From contig CAXXIA010000002.1 of the NCBI GenBank assembly GCA_963666985.2, positions 2,688,001-2,752,000 on the forward strand: a DNA stretch of 64,000 nt, read 5' to 3'. Below the pieces are notes generated by a model, which was given only the letters and a program-made list of their open reading frames with translations, was not told the DNA's origin and made no database searches. How positions within the stretch are numbered: position 1 is the first letter of the stretch; each line of letters begins with the position of its first letter. Position numbers and translations under genes: made by a program. Positions 59,722-64,000 of the stretch are shown here, in pieces. The DNA is from Spirochaetia bacterium. Its GTDB lineage: Bacteria; Spirochaetota; Spirochaetia; DSM-2461.

Positions 59722-60861
59722 ATGCCGATTATAGAAGCTGCCTGGGGCGTCACCTTCTGCGGTGGCGTCGGTTGTCTGGTCATCGCAGCCGCCCAGTTCG
59801 CATCTCCTTCCAGAACTCGATACGCCCTCATGCTGGCGGGAGCCTACTTCTGCGTCGGCATCCATTTGATGATACTCGGACTCCCGGCCTTCTATCCCGA
59901 AAGAATCACCCTGGCTTCCTTCTTTTGCCCGATGGCCATCTGCATCCTCTGCGGCCACCTGTTCATTCCCCTCATATACCTCTGTTTCAAAACCGTTGTG
60001 GATGAAACCTTCGAGCCGGGTTGGCGTCTGTTGCTGTTCTTCATGCCCGGCGCGATTTTCAGCATCGGCCTCATTTTCTACGGGGCGGCCCTTCCGGATA
60101 TGACGGGAACCGTCGAGGAGCTTGAGAACTACTTGGGGACGCGGCATTCCTTCTACCTGATCGTGCCAAACATCTCCATCCTCGCCTCCCTGTTGTTCTG
60201 CGCCGATGTCATCCTCACCTTCCGGCGGCGCTGGAAGGCCCAAGGAGTCCGTCGGTCGGAAGGTCGGGCGACTGCTATCGCCTGCGGTTTCATCTTCGCC
60301 GCCAATGCCTCATGGTTCGTTACCTATCTCCTCGCTTTTGAAGCTGAAAGCACGGCGGTTATCCAGGCCGTGCAGGCCGTCTTCTTCGTCGTCCTCTACG
60401 TCGTCAGCGCCCGCGGAACCAAGCTGTTCCACTTCCAGCCCATCCTCGACGATAGGCGCAGGCGCACCAAGCGCAACGGGTTCGATGTCGCGGCGAGCTT
60501 GGCGAGGCTGGATGCCGCAATGGCCGAGCACAAGATGTATCTCAATCCCGACCTGACGATTAAGGGATTGGCCTCGTCCGTCGGCATCACTCCCCACCAG
60601 CTCTCGGAGCTTATCAACAGGAACATGGGCTGCAATTACGTCCAGTACGTCAACCGATGCCGCATCGAGGACGCGAGGAGGCGCCTACTGGAAGAAGACG
60701 CCGATACGCTTCTCGCCATCGCCTTGGACTGCGGATTCAACTCTTCCTCGGCGTTCTACAGGACCTTCAAGCAGCATACCGGTTCGACGCCCAAGGACTT
60801 CGTGAGAGAAAACAAAGCCGAAACGCCCAGCAGGTTGCCTAAATCAAACCCGTTTGATTGA
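59722..60861 (+). CDS. Membrane-anchored AraC family regulator (copy 1)
   Basis: Multi-TM N-terminus; YLNPDLT...HQLSELIN...YVNRCRIE...GFNSSSAFYRTFKQHTG. Confidence 0.9.
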   Translation: MPIIEAAWGVTFCGGVGCLVIAAAQFASPSRTRYALMLAGAYFCVGIHLMILGLPAFYPERITLASFFCPMAICILCGHLFIPLIYLCFKTVVDETFEPGWRLLLFFMPGAIFSIGLIFYGAALPDMTGTVEELENYLGTRHSFYLIVPNISILASLLFCADVILTFRRRWKAQGVRRSEGRATAIACGFIFAANASWFVTYLLAFEAESTAVIQAVQAVFFVVLYVVSARGTKLFHFQPILDDRRRRTKRNGFDVAASLARLDAAMAEHKMYLNPDLTIKGLASSVGITPHQLSELINRNMGCNYVQYVNRCRIEDARRRLLEEDADTLLAIALDCGFNSSSAFYRTFKQHTGSTPKDFVRENKAETPSRLPKSNPFD

Positions 60862-60874
60862 ATGGAATCCGCCG

Positions 60875-61969
60875 ATGATTCACATTCTTCAGATCATCAC
60901 TCTCAGCGGAGGCATCATCGAATTGATGTTCGCGGGAGCGCAGTTGGCCGTTCCTTCCAGATCGTCCTATAACCTGCTCTTGGCGGGGATGTGCCTCTTC
61001 CTGGGCGGCTACCTGATTCCCTGCGGCCTGCCGGCATTCCACGATGGGCCGATCGCCCTTTCGTCCTTCCGCATCTCTTTCACCATCTGCATGCTCTCGG
61101 GGCATCTGGTGGCACCCTTCGCCTATCTCTGCTACAAGACCATCGTCGACGAGTCCTTCGAGGCCACCGGCCGGCTGGTGCTCTTCTTCCTGCCGAGTTT
61201 CTTCGCGGGATTCCTTTTGTTCATCTATGGAACGTCTCTGCCGGAGATGCGGGGAACCGCCATCGAACTGGAAGATTACTTGTACTCGAACCATTGGCCG
61301 TACCTCATCCTCCCGGTGACGAGCATCGCTTCCTCGATTCTCTTTGCCTTCGAAATCATGATGACCATCCGAAGACAGAGGAAAAAGAACGGGATGAGGA
61401 ACCAAACCATCAGGATGATGAATATCTTCCTCGGCATTTTCATTCCCATTATGGTGATTTGGGGGTTGGTGTTCTTCATGGATTCGCCGGCACGGGGCAA
61501 AGCCTTCGTCCATGCGCTCATCGCCCTCTACTTCGTCGGCATCTACATAGTAAGCGAGCGCTACAGTCTTCTTTTCCATCCCGCCGTTCGCAGCACGAAA
61601 GCCAACAGAAGCGGCTTGAGTGCCTTCGAAATGGAGCAGGGTCTTCGGAATCTGGCCAAGGCGATGGAAGAGAACAAACGGTACCTGGAACCCGAGCTCA
61701 CGGTGAAGGACTTGGCCTCTTCCGTCGGCGTCACTCCCCATCAGCTTTCGGAACTCATCAACCGGAGCATGGGCTGCAATTTCGCCCAGTACGTGAATCG
61801 ATGCCGTATCGAAGAATCCAAGAAAAGGCTCCTGGCAGAAGATCCGGATTCGGTTCTCACCATCGCCTTGGAGTCGGGGTTCAACTCCTCCTCGGCGTTC
61901 TACAGGACCTTCAAGCAGCACACCGGCTCCACGCCCAAGGACTATGTGAAAGAAAGAAGAGGCCGCTAG
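60875..61969 (+). CDS. Membrane-anchored AraC family regulator (copy 2, tandem paralogue)
   Basis: Same architecture; HTH nearly identical to copy 1 at protein and DNA level. Confidence 0.9.
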   Translation: MIHILQIITLSGGIIELMFAGAQLAVPSRSSYNLLLAGMCLFLGGYLIPCGLPAFHDGPIALSSFRISFTICMLSGHLVAPFAYLCYKTIVDESFEATGRLVLFFLPSFFAGFLLFIYGTSLPEMRGTAIELEDYLYSNHWPYLILPVTSIASSILFAFEIMMTIRRQRKKNGMRNQTIRMMNIFLGIFIPIMVIWGLVFFMDSPARGKAFVHALIALYFVGIYIVSERYSLLFHPAVRSTKANRSGLSAFEMEQGLRNLAKAMEENKRYLEPELTVKDLASSVGVTPHQLSELINRSMGCNFAQYVNRCRIEESKKRLLAEDPDSVLTIALESGFNSSSAFYRTFKQHTGSTPKDYVKERRGR

Positions 61970-62032
61970 GCGCGGCCTCCCGCCAAGAACGCCCGGGGCG
62001 CCCCGAAGGCCCCCGGGACATGGGACATGGGA

Positions 62033-62300
62033 TCAGAACCGGCGGATGGCCCAGACATAACGACCGCTGTTTTTATCGGTCCAGCTACTTGCACTTCCAG
62101 TTACCACATTGAACACATAGAATTTGTTCTCATTTCTCTGGGTGGAAGTCAGATAGCCCAAAGGGGGGGCGCTCGTCTTGTCCAAAACAGTAATACAACA
62201 CTTCGTTGTAATACTGCAGGGATTCCTCAGTTGAAAGGAGATACCAACCGAAATCGCTTCCTTCATTCAATTTGACGCAAACTCCCGCGCCATACTGTCG
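62033..62300 (-). pseudogene. Remnant of a DUF1566/CLec-like C-terminal domain
   Basis: Two frames joined near the G7 run at 62163-62169 give CVKLNEGSDFGWYLLSTEE...YLTSTQ...VVTGS...KNSGRYVWAIRRF; no upstream part of the gene. Confidence 0.55.
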
Positions 62301-62600
62301 GGAGGATGCCGCCGGAAAACCGAACCAACGGGTCGGAAAGAGTCCACAGGATGTGGACGAGAGGAGGCCAACTTGAGGGCGAATCCCACCATCAAGAGAT
62401 AAAAGCCTTCCGATAGATCGGCTTTTCTTGTTATATCTATTCCGCTTCAACTTGATAAATAACAATGAGATAAAGGCTTCGTAGTATTTTCGTACCAGAA
62501 AGATTTTCTATCCCATTTTATAAAACAGGAGGACCTCCGTACGGTTTGGCTTCATAGTCGCGTAATCTACCCAGGCCAAAAGCCGTATCGGAGGCATTCT

Positions 62601-63770
62601 GTGAATAAACGAATTACGATTTTCGGTGCAGTATCAGCTCTTGCAGTTCTTCTGGCAGGATGCGGGAATTTGCCGGGCACAAGTCCCGTCACACTGAAGT
62701 CCATCGAGATTACGACTCAACCGACGACGACCGTGTACTCCATCGGAGATTCGCTCGACACCACCGGAATGGTGGTAACGGCGACGTATACCGACGGCAG
62801 TACCAAGGAAGTCACCGGCTATTCGACGTCCGGATTCGACTCCAGCGCTGAGGCGGCGTCGCAGACCGTCACCGTGAGCTACGCGGAAGGCGGCATAACG
62901 ATGACCGCCTCGTTTACGATCAGCATCGTCCCCGACCCTGTGTTGGCGTCGATTGCAGTCACCACTCCGCCGACGACCACCGAGTACACCATCGGAGACT
63001 CACTCGACACCGCCGGCATGGTGGTAACGGCGACCTACAGCGACGGCAGTACCGAGGAAGTCACCGGCTATGCGATTTCCGGATTCGACTCCAGCGTCTT
63101 GGCGGCATCGCAGGCTGTTACCGTGACATACGAGGAAGACGGCATAACGAAGACCGCTTCGTTCTCGGTGAGCATCAAAGCTGTAATCGGCCAAATCTAT
63201 TACGCCGACGGCTCGGTCTCCACGTCTTATGATTCTTCCAAGACAGCCGCGGGCATTGTATTGGCCGTGAACACAGACGGAAGCGTGTCGAAGATTATGG
63301 CCCTTGAACAGAATACGGGCCTGAAATGGGCGGAAGCTTCGACGACCGGCTTTGAGACAATATTCAACACCGACATGGACGACGGCAGCGGCAACTGGGC
63401 CGTGATACAAGATGCCGATCCGACCGGCAGTGCCGATGCCGCGACGAATTATCCGGCATTCAATTATTGCAACACGTACGGTGCAGACTCAGGTCTGACC
63501 GGTTTCGATTGGTATCTGCCCGCTCGCAATGAACTCTCGGTCATCTACAGCAATGTATCGGCCCTCAACACAGCCCTTTGGACACTTGAGAAAGCTGGAT
63601 TAGTCGTTACCTATATTGAGACGCTCCCGGTTGCCACCACGAGGTATTGGAGTTCCTCGCAGGCGGACACTCAGTATGAGGCGGATTATATATTCATGGC
63701 TACTGGAAGCATTACCGGTGTCCAAAAAGATTCCGGTTACACCGTCCGTCCCATCGCGTCGGTGGACTGA
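62601..63770 (+). CDS. Surface lipoprotein with two bacterial Ig-like (Big_3) repeats and a C-terminal DUF1566/CLec-like domain
   Basis: Lipobox LAGC; two copies of (SIEIT..PT...Y.IGD.LD.TGMVVTATY.DG...SGFDSS); WYLPARNEL, YWSSSQ, VRPIA. Confidence 0.88.
   Translation: MNKRITIFGAVSALAVLLAGCGNLPGTSPVTLKSIEITTQPTTTVYSIGDSLDTTGMVVTATYTDGSTKEVTGYSTSGFDSSAEAASQTVTVSYAEGGITMTASFTISIVPDPVLASIAVTTPPTTTEYTIGDSLDTAGMVVTATYSDGSTEEVTGYAISGFDSSVLAASQAVTVTYEEDGITKTASFSVSIKAVIGQIYYADGSVSTSYDSSKTAAGIVLAVNTDGSVSKIMALEQNTGLKWAEASTTGFETIFNTDMDDGSGNWAVIQDADPTGSADAATNYPAFNYCNTYGADSGLTGFDWYLPARNELSVIYSNVSALNTALWTLEKAGLVVTYIETLPVATTRYWSSSQADTQYEADYIFMATGSITGVQKDSGYTVRPIASVD
62721..63180 (+). repeat. Intragenic tandem repeat, 249-bp period (Big_3 domains)
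   Basis: ccgacgac...ggattcgactccagcg begins at both 62721 and 62970. Confidence 0.85.
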
Positions 63771-63790
63771 GATTTGAGATAAGCCGAAAT

Positions 63791-63833
63791 GCGAGTCCGG
63801 TTTCCACGGGGGAAGTCGGACTCGCTTGGTTTT
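63791..63833 (+). terminator. Rho-independent terminator after the lipoprotein gene
   Basis: gcgagtccg...cggactcgc stem followed by ttggtttt. Confidence 0.6.
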
Positions 63834-64000
63834 CAGCCGGCGGCGATGAACCCGTGTGGACAGAATTCGGTCTCGATCCGGCTCGGTTCGCTTCTGTGGG
63901 GGAATCCGCCGGAGGACATCTCGCGGCGATGTTGGCGGTTACTTACGGCGCGGAAGGCATGGAGGATTTCTCCCAAGGAAATCCGGAACAATCTTCCGCC

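Noticed and set aside
62033..63770. Diversity-generating retroelement, with 62033-62160 as template repeat for the lipoprotein 3' end
   Set aside because: The two segments are similar only at protein-motif level, differences are not restricted to adenines, and no reverse transcriptase or avd gene is in the window

Overview
Anaerobic bacterial chromosome segment, most likely a spirochaete (inferred from the DUF3996-like outer-membrane protein, Treponema-style integrase N-terminus, LacI-sensor/GGDEF protein and Big_3/C-type-lectin-like lipoprotein). Four parts. (1) 1-1.5 kb: 3' part of htpG and an outer-membrane protein. (2) About 1.6-24 kb: a catabolic island with TWO divergent pyrogallol-transhydroxylase-like (AthL/BthL-type) molybdoenzyme pairs, SDR, cupin, thioesterase, beta-keto-acid cleavage enzyme, thiolase, cyclase-family hydrolase, 3-hydroxyacyl-CoA-type dehydrogenase, CoA-transferase, SSS and TRAP transporters, plus LysR and MerR regulators. 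Three of its operons start with near-identical MerR-type promoters (TTGACC-19 bp-TAnnnT), which ties them into one regulon and suggests an anaerobic trihydroxybenzene/polyphenol pathway. (3) 24-57.5 kb: host backbone (Rrf2, ptsP, proC, MFS, DGC-RR-HK-degP, a His-less sensor kinase, pfkA, a trimeric [FeFe]-hydrogenase with a HydB-GltD fusion broken by five homopolymer indels, GntR-deoC, MATE, hybrid HK, avtA-azlCD). (4) From tRNA-Ile2(CAT) at 57.5 kb to the end: a decayed integrative island with a tRNA 3'-end duplication, a truncated integrase, an IS91-like HUH transposase whose catalytic region is interrupted by two 42-44 bp hairpins, two tandem membrane AraC regulators and a Big_3/CLec-like lipoprotein. 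All calls come from reading the sequence and recalled family motifs; no searches were run.
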